Shown here: positions 39,911 through 52,010 of the stretch, piece after piece
How the letters are laid out: every line of letters begins with the position of its first letter
Position numbering within the stretch: position 1 is the stretch's first letter
Assembly: GCF_020745735.1 (NCBI RefSeq)
Contig: NC_083450.1
Span: 4,543,479 to 4,607,478, forward strand
Length of the DNA stretch: 64,000 nt
Origin: Hemiscyllium ocellatum
Lineage: Eukaryota
Direction: 5' to 3'
The notes under the pieces: generated by a model
The model's database searches: none
Told to the model about the DNA's origin: nothing
What the model saw: only the letters and a program-made list of their open reading frames with translations
Position numbers and translations under genes: made by a program

Positions 39911-42900
39911 AACAAGGGCAGGTTCCCACAAGTGCATCGAATTCATGCACTTCACAACCGTTCACTCCCTCTAGGAGCACGTTCCACCTTCTCAATGCTC
40001 CTTCCCTTTATGGATTTTTTAGGGCATTCTAAAGTCTCGTATGGTCCAACAGAACGGAGACAGGCCATTTGGACCAAATTGATTCATGCCAACAAAACAT
40101 TCATTCATGCTAACCACATTTCCCTGCATTTGGCACATATTCTTTAAAGCTGTCCTCTCCATGTATTTGTCCAAAAGCCTTTTAAATTTTGTGAAGGTAC
40201 CCACCTCAACCACTTCCTATAGCAGCTCATTCCATACGTGTCACATTCTCTGTGTAAAAGCGTTACCCTTCGGCTTCCCCTTTATTCTTTCCCCTCGAAC
40301 TAAAGTGTCCCAAACCTGGGAAGAATACTGAGTACATTCACTCTATCCATACCTCTCATGATCCTATTCACTTCCATAAGGTCTTCTCTCAGTCTTTAAT
40401 GATCTGAAGAAAATAATTCCTATCGTGTCCAACTTCATCCTCTAATTGTGACTGTTGACTCCAGGCAATATTTTTGTAAAATTCTTCTGCACTCTTTCCA
40501 GTATAATAACAACTTTCCTATAGTAAGGTTACCAACACTGCACACTATACTCAAGTGCTGCCTCATAAAGGTTCTGTCCAACTGATCAACTTGTCCGCTC
40601 AAAGCCCTGACATAGAAAGCCCAGTGCCAAAGGCCTTTTTCACTGCCCTGTCTAACCGTGACTTGTCCTTCAGAGAACAGTGCAGCTGAACTCCAAGTTT
40701 CCTCTGTTCCACTAGACTCCTTAAGGCCCGACTATTTACTATGAAGGCCCTACCGTTCACCAGCATCGATTCCACAGAGTTAGCAGGAGATCGCTCAACC
40801 CCTCAATCCTCTTTGACCTTTCAATCAAAGAGTGAGACTGAGTTACCTCTCAACTCCCTCAAAACACATGCATATTTTCTAAAGTATTTAATGTCCATAC
40901 CAACACAATAATTGCTAGGAGTTGGTTTGGGCTGGGGCGTGGGGAAATGGCGTTGCTCAGAAACTAAACAGGATCGGCCGCATAAATAGTGTAGCCACGT
41001 AAATATCAAGGGAAGGGCAGAAGCTGTGAACTCTGCAACAAGCAACTCACCTCTTCGCTCTCCAAAACCTTTCCAACGTCCACAAGGCACAAGTCAGGAA
41101 TGTAGTGGAATTTTCCCACTTACTTTGCTGGGAATGAAACATGGCATCGTTCAGGATAAAGCAGCCTCCTTGATTGGCACGGCATCCACAAATGTACATT
41201 CCCTCCGCCACCGACTCTTAGTAGCAACAATAAGTGTCATCTACAAGACAGACTGCAGCAATTCGCAAAGGTTCTTGAGACAGAACTTTCTAAACCTACA
41301 GGTCTAGCCTCGAAAAGGACAAGGGCAGCTGATACATGTGAGCACCACCACCTGCATGATCTCGTCCAAGCCACGCATTATAACTGATAAATACATCCGC
41401 CATTCCTTCAGAGTGGTTGTATCTAAATTCTGGCATTCCCTCCCGGACAGCACTATGAGTGTACCGCACGAGGACTGTAGCAATTCAAGAAGGTGGCTCG
41501 CCACACTATCTCAAGAGGGAACTGGCATTCTATATTAAAGGGTTGCCTAGCTAGCAGTGCCCATATCCCCTGACATGAAAATGCAAAATAAAATCATTGA
41601 GTTTGTGGAAGCCTGCTGTGTACAAATGGCGGCCATCTTACCACCTTCGGAACAGTAGAGTGGATTAGAGTAGCTTGATTTTTCTTTCTACCATATATAG
41701 CTGGTACAATAAATAAAAGAGAGAACGTTCCTCTAGGACCAAGGTACTATACGAACATATAGAATACACGAGAATACGGTCATACACAGGGCAGCATAAA
41801 GTGCAAAGAAAAATACAAAACATTCAAGACAGTGAATAATTCCTGACAAGACAAAACAGTAGGTACAATAGTAGACAAATTACAATGTAACAATGAATGA
41901 TCATTAATAAGACGCTGTTTTAGCATCAATTCAAAAAGTCGTCCGAAATTGCAAATGGAACAGAATGTGATCATGCAATGTTAAGGCGTCTGATGACTTG
42001 GGGGAAAGAAACTATTGCACAGTCTGGCCGTGAGAGACAGAAGTGACCGCATTACTGCAAGTAATTAATTGGCTATGAAGCACTTTAGGACATGCTGATG
42101 TTTTGACAGGCGCTATGTTAATGCAAGCTCTCAAACTTGTTCTGACGGCGCAGCCTGAAATTTATCAAGCATGAAGTGTTGAAAGGCTGCGAGTAGAATT
42201 GAAAGCCAGTGAGGGCACAATAAGGAAGTGTTACTGACAGCTTCTGATCAACACTGCTCATATTCTTTCAGCCACAAATTAGTGTAAAAAATTAAATGGG
42301 ATCTGATAAATGCAGCCGTTGGCGAGAGCATAGAGGGCGATTTGCTAGAATGAGAGCAGGGATGAGGGTCTTCAGTTTAAACTTCGTCCACCCCCTCCTC
42401 GTTCTGGACACCGCTCACGGATGTAACTTTGCACATCTCAATATTCTTCAACCCGACACAGATGTTTGAGTGTCCTTTAGCAACTGGCCATTAGTTCTCT
42501 GAAGAGAAATCCTCCATAATTTCTCCTTTCCACAGTTTTTTAAAAGCACTTTCCAACCATTAAAAAACTTCTTCAAGACTGTCAGAGCAAAGAGAAACGG
42601 AGGTGGGTGAATGGCCTGGAGGAGTTGAAAGAGGTAGTGAGTGATGAAGGGGCTAGAGGAGGTAACACATTGGGTGTGTTGGAGAGGCTGGAGTAGATTG
42701 CAGCTAGAAAAGGATTTAGCTGGAAGAGGTTTCAGCGATACAGTGGGTTGTAGGAGCTGGACGAGGTTTCAGAGATAGGGAGGGCTCTGGGTACTTGAGT
42801 AGGTAACCGAGAATGGGAAGTTTGCTGAGCTGGAGGATTTTACAAAACGAGAGAGAGCGACAGTGCTGGAAGAGGTTATGCAGATAGGGAGGAGTTTGCG

Positions 42901-45023
42901 GCTGGAGATGGATACAGAGATAGAGTTATGCAGCATGAACACAGACTCTTTGGTTCATCTCGTCTAGTTATGCTAAACTAGTCCAGTCCTATTTACCAGC
43001 ATTTGCCTCATAACCTTCCAAACTCTTCCTATTCACGTCCCCATTAAAATGCCTGAGAAGTATCATAATTGTGACTCACTTCCTGTGACAGATTATTCCG
43101 TGCATCACACTGCCCTCTGTGTGAAAAGATTGCCTCTCAGGTCCCTTTGAAGTCTTTCCTTTCACCTTGCAACTGTGCCCTCCAATTTTGGACTCCTCTA
43201 CCCTGGGATAATACCTTAGCTATTCATCCTATCCATACACCTTATAATTTTATAAGTCTCTATAAGATTTATAAAACTGTCAGCCTCCAACGGTCCAGGG
43301 AAAATAACTCCAAATCTTTCAGCCTTTACCTGTAGCTCAAAACCTCAAACCCTTGCAACACCCTTGTCAATCTTTTGTGAACTTCTTGAAGTTAAAGAAC
43401 ATCTTTCCTATAACAGAGAGACCAGAACTGAACATATTCTAAAAGTGGCCAAATGAATGTCTGTATAGCCCCAACTCTTATACTCATAGCACTGATAAAT
43501 GAAGGCAAAGATGCCAAAGGCCTTCTTCCCCAGCCCGTCTAACTGTTATTCCATTTTCAATTAACTTTGCACCCTTATATCTGTTGGTTTCGCAGCACTC
43601 ACCACTGTATCCCATTAAATGTCCAAGGCCTGCCCTGATTTTACTTACAAGGTGCAACACTTCATTGTGCTGTAGGGGTTGAAGGAGATTATAAAGATGT
43701 GGAGAAAGTTGTGGCTAGAGGAGGTGACCAAGATATAAGTAGTGCAGGAGCTCAAAAAAGATGATTTAGGAAAGGATGGGTTCAGGGCCTGAGGAAGGGC
43801 ATAGTGATACAGACGGATTGAGGGGCTGGGGGTGGTGACAGAGATAGGGATTGGGCTAGGTTGTGTAGGAGGTTGCAGAGGTGGGAATGGTGTATTGACA
43901 TTTTTGCTTCCAGAGGAACGGTAGGTGTAGGGATCGGTGGATTGATACAGGTACGTGAAGGGATTGGAGGCATTTGCACAGGTAAGTGGATTGTACGTGC
44001 TGGAGGAGGTGACAGAAATAGGGAGGGAGTTTTGGAGCTGGAATAGTTGACAGAAATTGGGAGGAATATAGGGCCTGGAGGAAGTGGAAGAGATAGAGAA
44101 GGCTGTAGGAACTGGAGGAATGTGTGGAGGTCGCATTGGACATCAGGGCAGGAGATCTGATAGAGATAAAGAGTGTTGTCCTTTCTGTTGGAGGTTACAG
44201 AGGGGTGGAGGCGGTTACCAAGATACGGAGGATTGTAAGTACTGGAGGATTTGATAGAGATAGCGAGGGATTTGCAGGCTGGAGGTGGTTACAGAGATAG
44301 GAAGGGAGAGTAGGAGCTGGAGAAATTGGGAATGATGTGGGGACTGGAGGAAGTCACAAAAATAGGGAGATAGTGAGGGACTGGGGTAGGTGAAAAAGAT
44401 AGGTAGATTTGTTTGTGCTAGAAGAAGATTCAGATACAGTGATCAGTGCAGGGCTGGAGTTGCTGGCAGAGACAGGAAGAGGTGTAGACACTGGATTGTG
44501 TGACAGAGATAGCTGAGTGGCGGAGCGACTGGAGGATATCAGAGATAAGGAGGGGTGTTGAGATGCAGGGACTAATAGTAATAGGGTGTGTAAACGTTGG
44601 ATGAGTCTACTAAGTTTGTGAGTGTTGTAGATGCTGGAGGTGGTCATAGCGATTGGGACAAGTTTTCCAGCTGGAGTTGGTTACAGAGATAGGGAGTCAT
44701 GTCGTGGATGTCGAGGATTGGATGTATTTGTAGAGATGCAGGGCATGGATTAGATAACAATGGAGTGAAATAAAGACCTCAGATGGGTACAGAGAGAGGT
44801 AGGAGTGTCGGCGCTGGAGGCATTGACAGAAATAGGGAGGAATCTTGTGGTCTGCAGGAAATGGCAGAGATAAGAAAGTGTGTAGGAACTGTTTGAGAGT
44901 GTGGAGATAGGGCGGGATACAATGGCTGGAGGAGGTGACAGAGATGTGAGGGTTCAGGGACTGGAATTGTTTACAGAAATAGGGGTTAAAGGGGTTTGAG
45001 GAGTTTAAAGTGACAGGGATTGA

Positions 45024-45333
45024 TTAGATTAGACTTACAGTGTGGAAACAGGCCCTTCGGCCCAACAAGTCCACACCGACCCGCCGAAGCGCAACCCACC
45101 CATACCCCCACATTTACCCCTTACCTAACACTACGGGCAATTTAGCTTAGCCAATTCACCTGACCCGCACATCTTTGGACCGTGGGAGGAAACCGGAGCA
45201 CCCGGAGGAAACCCACGCAGACACGGGGAGAATGTGCAAACTCCACACAGTCAGTCGCCTGAGTCGGGAATTGAACCCGGGTCTACAGGCGCTGTGAGGC
45301 AGCAGTGCTAACCACTGTGCCACCGTGCCGCCC
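45024..45333 (-). mobile_element. Full-length young HE1-like SINE inside the unit 3 minisatellite
   Basis: The reverse complement starts GGGCGGCACGGTGGCACAGTGGTTAGCACTG; (GATTA)n tail. Confidence 0.9.
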
Positions 45334-45829
45334 ACAGTTTCAGTTGCTGCAGAATTACGTGGTGAAACAATTTGTTACAGAGACTAGTGAGTGTTATTTA
45401 GATACAGAGTGATGAAGCTTCGAGAGAAGGTTACAGATTTGGTGAAAGTTCGTGCGATATGGAGGTTCAAGGGACTGGAGGATTATGTGGTGGAAGGCCG
45501 GGATACAGGAACTGAGTTTATAGAGATAGGTAGAGTTTTAGGGGCTGAAGGAATTGACAGAGATAGGGAGGGTTTTAGTGTCTCGACGAGTTTACAGAGC
45601 TGGGAGGAGAGTCAGAGAGATTGGAGATATCTGGAGAATGGTATTGGAACGTGTGGTGGTTACAGAGATAGGGATACCTGTCAGACCTGGTGACAATGCT
45701 AGAAAAAAAAAACAGGGAACCTAAGGACTGGAGGATGTTATCAGGATTAGAGAGTTTGAGCTATAGGGAGAGGCTGAAGTGATTGGAGTTGTTTTCCCAG
45801 GAACGTTAGAGGCTGAAGGATGACCTGAT

Positions 45830-46196
45830 ACAGATGTGTATAATCATGATGGGCATGAACAGGGTAAATAGAATGGTCTTTTCCCCAGGTGGAGGGTAGT
45901 GGTGGTTGTCCAGAAGTAGAGGGAATAGGTTTAGAGTGAGAAGGGAATATTTCAAAAGGGATCTAAGGAGTAACGTTTTCATGCAAGTGGGTAGTGAGTG
46001 TAAGAAATTAGCTGCCAGAGGAGTTAGTGGAGGAAGGTATAGTTGCAGCATTTAAAAGGCATTTGGATGGGTACATGAATAGGAAGGGTATACAGGGGTA
46101 TGGGACAAGTGTTTGCAAATGGTACTAGATAATTTAGCATATCTGGTCGGTATTGAAGGATTGGACTGAAAGGTCTGTTTCCATGGTCTATGACTA
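45830..46196 (+). mobile_element. CR1 LINE 3' end
   Basis: AGCATTTAAAAGGCATTTGGATGGGTACATGAATAGGAAGGG and CTATGACT tail. Confidence 0.75.
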
Positions 46197-49100
46197 AGTG
46201 ACAGCGGTAGAGCAGAATGTTGGAACTAGAGGAGGGAATGGTGATTGGGATTTCTGGATTGGAGGGGTGACAGAAGTAGGCAGGGGATCACGGGCTGAAT
46301 AAGATTATAGAGATAAGGAGGGGTTCATGGGCTGTGGAGGGTGCGGTGACAGGGTAGGATATGGTGTAGAGGAGGTTGCAGAAATTAAAGGTTCAGTGGC
46401 TGTAAATAGAGTGGCATAGAGTTTGAGGCGCATTGCAGAAATATTGAGGTGGGCAGGTCCTGCAGGAAGTAACATATCTCGGGATTGGTGTAGGGACTTG
46501 AGGAGGTGATATTGATAGGGAGGGATGTAGCCACTTGAGAAGGTGACAGGGAGAAGAATGGTTATAGGCCATGGAGGAGATTACAGTGATACTGAGGGGA
46601 TTGGGGGTGATGGAGTTCACAGAGACGGGGAGCGCTGTAGGATTGGAGGGGTCTGCAGAGATAGAGAGAGTATCAGGGCCTGGAGGAGGTGAGACATAAG
46701 GAATGTAGTGACTGGAGGCAATTACACAAATAGGATCAGGTGTCAAGTCTGTCAAAGATAACAGAGGAAGCGAGTGGCGTAGTGTCCAGAGGATGTCAGA
46801 GCAATAGGAAGGATTGTGGTGATTGAAGGGGATGGTAGAGGTATGGAGTGTTTTAGGGCCTGGTGAAGATAATAAGAGAGATTTATGGGGACCTGAGTTG
46901 GTTACAGCAAAAGGGAAGGGTGTATGCATAAACAGAAATCGTGAGAAATATAGTCTCTGGAGGAAGTGGCAGAGATAAGGAAGGGTGGAGAAACTGGAGG
47001 AGAATATGGAGGTAAGGCAGGATATAGGGGCTGGAGGAGATAGAAGAGATAGGCACGGGCTGAAATATAATATGGTGGTAGGGTTGGATTTATTGAGTGG
47101 AACACGTTACATAAAGAATGGTGTGGGATCTGGAGGAATTTACAGAGGGTTGGGGTTCAGGGCCTGGTGGTAGCTCCAGATTTAGGAAGAGGTAAAGGGC
47201 CTGAGAAGTTTGCAGAGATATTGAGGTGTGTAGGGCCTGGAGAAGGCAGGACCTTGAGAAGGTGAGAGGGATAAGAAGGATTTAGTGGCTGGAGGAGATT
47301 ATAAAGATGGCGAGGAGTTTAAGAGCTTGAGGTGGTTACCAAAACACGAATGGGTATTAGGGCTTGTTGAGATGTCAGTGCTAGGGAAATGTATATTGGC
47401 TGATAAGGTGACACAGATGGGGAGATTTGTAGGAGCTCAAGAAAGTTACAGAGACAGGGATGTGTGCAGGAGATGGAGGGAGTTAAAGAGATAGGGAGGT
47501 GTGAAGAAGATGGAATATGTAAAAGAAATAGGGAGGGTTATACGTGCTGCATGAATGAAAGATCGTGTGAGTTCCGGCGTGGGGATTGAGTGACTGGGAA
47601 CAGGAGGGAAATGGAGAATGAGACACTCCAGAGCGTGAACAGCAGATGGCCACTATTTAGAGTGACCCAGTCTATCACGGCTCTGTATGTGTAAATGTGC
47701 GATACGCCTGAGAAGGTGAGAGGTTAATGGAGTCTCTGCATTTTTCCTCCTGCACATGGGTGAAGCCATAGTTGTCTGCGTGGTGTTTTGGGGCTGACGA
47801 CTGATTCTGCCACGGGCTACTGCTCCTGCTGCTGCTGCTGCTGCTGCAAATTGCTCAGTGATCAGTGAGGTTTCAGTTCCTCCGCCGACATGTCCCTCCC
47901 CTTCCTCTCCATCTGAAATGAATAACCACACCACCTGCATCCCCTTCACAAACACGCTAAAAACAGCATTGCTGCGTCTCTCGGGGGGTAAAATGAGGCA
48001 TCTGAAACACCACCCGGGTCCCCGAGGTGGAGAGACTGCGTTGCTTTCAACTCAGATGCAGAGACAGACTTGAAACCAACTCTTCAACTCCGTGAATCAT
48101 CATCGGGATGGTTTTCATTAGACTGCTAAAGTGTCGTTGTTCTAAAGAAGCTTTCAAAGCAACAAACCTTAAAATCAAACCGAAGACTCCATCTAATATA
48201 GAGAAGGCCGTTCAGCCATTCCATGCTTCTCTTCTATTCATTAATGAAGAATGATTATTTCATAACTCCACTTTCCTATCTCACACCCCTTGATTCACTT
48301 AATCTACAAATGTCTACCTATTAGAATCTTCCATAGGCATCGAAAATGGCACAGATTCAGTAGGCACTGGGTGAAAAGAATTTCTCTTCACCTCAGTCCA
48401 AATTAGCTGCTCCATATCCCAGCCCTTTCAGAAATACCCTGTTTTTCTGTTCTGCCAACCAAAATGGTGGCCGCACATTACCACTTTAAAACCATTATAC
48501 GACATAGGCCATCTTCTAAACTAATGATTCTGACTCAATACAGAGCTATGATTAGGTTATTGAAAGGTATGAGATTAATATTTCAAAAATAATTGAACGG
48601 GGTCAAGCAAAAACTAAAGTCACAGAATCATAACTGTCGCCAGCAGAGAAAAAGGTCTTTCAACCTATCAAGTCTGAACTGATCAAAAATCATCCCTTAG
48701 CTATTCTAATCCCGTTTCCAGTACCTGCCTACGCAAATGCACAACTAAATATGTCTTCAATCTGACGGGCTTTCTACCTCTACCAACCTTACGGTTGTAT
48801 TTTCCAGATAACCACCAACCCCCGCATGGAAACAATTTTTCTCATACTGTCCTTGAAAACTCCTGTCCCTTGTTCTTAAATTTATGCCCCCCTCCCCTCC
48901 CCAGATCAGCATAGATGAGTTGAGTCAAAGGGCCTGCTTATGTGATATACGTCTTTATGACCACCAAGGAAGCACAAAGAAAATAGGAGCGTTTCTTTTT
49001 TGAAAATTCATGTTTTGAAGTCGATTTGGTTATTGATGTTCAACATGAATAGAACAAAGAGTATTGAGAGAGATAGTGCGAACAAGGAACTGTGTTAGAT

Positions 49101-49313
49101 TATCGATCATGATCCTATTTAATGGAAAAGCAGAATCGAAGGGCCGAATAGCCCCCATACACCCTTATCTGCTATGCCCCCATGAGCACAAAGTCCAATC
49201 ACTTGTTCAAGTATCATAAGCCCTGAAAGTTCAGATTTTGAGCAATGGTGTACGAAGCCAGAAATAGATCGGTGAAAACCCGGAGTGTCAATTTGCTTGG
49301 TCTCTACCCCATT

Positions 49314-49336
49314 ATTTGCATTCCGGTAAATAAATA
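49314..49336 (+). promoter_or_regulatory. Ig V promoter of cluster 3: octamer ATTTGCAT (49314-21) plus TAAATA TATA-like box
   Basis: Perfect octamer about 145 bp upstream of the leader ATG; same position in all three clusters. Confidence 0.85.
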
Positions 49337-49463
49337 GAACCCGGGGCTCACTCTCCAGCTTATCATCACTGGGTGCGGACCAGCTTCCAGGATTTTACAG
49401 CAAACTGTTCGACTGAGGATAACACCCTGACAGTTGATTGTTCTAGTGCATTTTCTAGTGAAA

Positions 49464-51978
49464 ATGTTCATGACGCTGCATCTGCTGTGGACTCTACTGA
49501 TCCATGTAATAGGTCAGGAATTGTTCTAGATGAACGTCTGTCAGTTAAGTATCATTCGGGTTTGTTTCAAATCCACTGGCAAAGTCACTCAATGTCTCTA
49601 CGTATTTCGTCAATTGTAGGTACCTTGGCTGATCCTGTCCTCAATCAGAGTCCAGTGTCCGACCCAGTCTCTGCCGGTCAGACGGTCCAGTTGAAGTGTG
49701 CAATGCAGAATGACGATGTGGACAGCTACGATGTGGACTGGTATCGACAGAGTCCCGGAGAAGCGTCAGTGTGGGTGATCACACAAGATACAGATGATGA
49801 TATATCCAGGGGCACTGGCTTCACGAACCGATTCCAACCTTCTCGAGACACCTCCAGTAACAATTTCATCCTAACCATTGAAAACCTGGTCTCCAGTGAC
49901 TCTGCCATCTATTATTGTGCTGTGTGGCATAGCTCAGCATGGATCTTCGGAGGTGGGACTGCCCTGGCTGTTCGGAGTAAGTCATTTTGTTTTATGTTTG
50001 TCTCCGTATTATTGTTCAGATTAGCTGACATTTTCTTCCTTCAGCGTTCTTTAGATTTTACCAAAATGCATTTTTCAACAAATCTATCGCATACATATAA
50101 GTCCAAGTGTTACATTAATCCTTCACTCAACTCTCACTCACTCACTTGCTCACTCATTTACTTTCACTCACACAATCACTCACTGATTCGCTCACGCACT
50201 GACTCACACGCACACCAGATCAACGTATTATTTATACTAACAATTCTATCACACACTCGCACAACTGTTTGTGTGGAGTTTGCACGTTCTCCCCGTGTCT
50301 GCGTGGGTTTCCTCCGGGTGTTCCGGTTTCCTTCCACAGTCCAAAGATGTGCAGGTGAATTGGCCATGCTAAATTGCCCGTAATGTTAGATGAAGGAGTA
50401 AATGTAGGGGAATGGGTCTGGGTGGGTTGCTCCTCTTTGGAGGGTCGGTGTGGACTTGTTGGGCCGAAGGTTCTGTTTCCACACTGTAAGTAATCTGATC
50501 TTATCTAAACTCAGTGCGTGTCATATGTATTAATTATTCTCTCGCTCTCTCACAACCGCACGCAATTCAGTGCGTGACATGTATTAACGATTTCTTCTCT
50601 CACACAAGTGTATATCAATGATACTTTCACATATTCTGGTCCATCTTACATTAATAATTCTCTCTTTCTCACAAATATACTCAGGCCAGAGATTGTATCA
50701 AATTCACTCTCATGCACACAAAGTAGTGTAACACTGATAATTAATTTTCTGATTCCAATATCCAGCGGTCTGAGTGTTTATATGTGTGTATATATATATA
50801 TATGTTATTATTTTTATTATTATGTTATTGTCGTTATTAATAATTCTCTATCTCACAGACACACTCAAGTAAGAGTGTTGCATCCATAACTCACACACGC
50901 AAACACATAACAGCCAGAGTGTTATTTATGTCAACAATTGTCTCTCACATTATCACAAACATAACTGAATTTATAACACTAGTTCAGTCACACATACACA
51001 CTGGGTTGGTATTATGCTAATAATTCTCTAACTCACAAACACACGCAAGTGAGGTACGTTACATCAATAATTCTCTTAAACACACATGTCAGTGTTGTAA
51101 TTATAATTCTCTGCCTCATGCACACATTGATAGTAATATATGTTCGCAATTCTTTCTGCCTTCATTTCTCTCTCGTCCTCAGACATATACACAGAGATGA
51201 GAGTTTACATCAATAATTCTCTCTCACATGCACAGTCAGAAAGTTCATCTTGCTATTTCTTATACATATAGGTCAGTGTGTTATATATGCTAACAATTAT
51301 CTCTCATGCAGGTCAGAGTGTTATATTTATTAATAATTATCTCTCACACAAAGGTCAGATAGTTATATTAAGAAATTTGCCCTGTCTCTCACGCACGCAG
51401 GTCAGTGTTACATTAATCAGTCTATCTCACACAAACAAATAGCAGTCAGAATGTTACTAATATCAATAATTCTGGCTCGCACCCGCCATCACCACTCCCT
51501 CCTACCCCTCCCAAATGCACATACACACACACGAAACACACATAGATCCGAGATTACATCAATAATGCTCACACACACAGGTCACTACTACATTAAGAAT
51601 TCTCTCAACGAGAGATACACAGAGATCAGATGGTTATGTATATTAATAATTTTATATCTTCTGCCTACTCACACANNNNNNNNNNNNNNNNNNNNNNNNN
51701 NNNNNNNNNNNNNNNNNNNNNNNNNNNNNNNNNNNNNNNNNNNNNNNNNNNNNNNNNNNNNNNNNNNNNNNNNNNNNNNNNNNNNNNNNNNNNNNNNNNN
51801 NNNNNNNNNNNNNNNNNNNNNNNNNNNNNTTCCTTCAGAATTATTCTCAGAATAACGCACAGGTCAAAGTATTGTTTATTTTCTCTCTTTCTCACATACA
51901 CAAAACACACATAGGTCAGATTTAAAATTGATAACTCACACACTCAGATCAATCTGTAATTCTCCCCCACATCGTCTC

Positions 51979-52010
<32 letters not shown>

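Larger units (their letters stand above)
42590..47600 (+). repeat. 37-bp G-rich minisatellite, unit 3 (longest; interrupted by CR1 fragments and a SINE)
   Basis: Recurrent CTGGAGGAGGTNACAGAGATAGGGAGG. Confidence 0.85.

Noticed and set aside
42590-47600. Calling the G-rich repeat a bona fide class-switch region
   Set aside because: It lies upstream of V in a light-chain locus, no I exon is evident, and similar repeats appear common in sharks; kept only as a low-confidence finding.
49373-50383. 336-aa ORF as a single-exon protein
   Set aside because: It is the VJ exon read through the leader intron upstream and the J-C intron plus a SINE downstream; canonical splice sites define the real gene.
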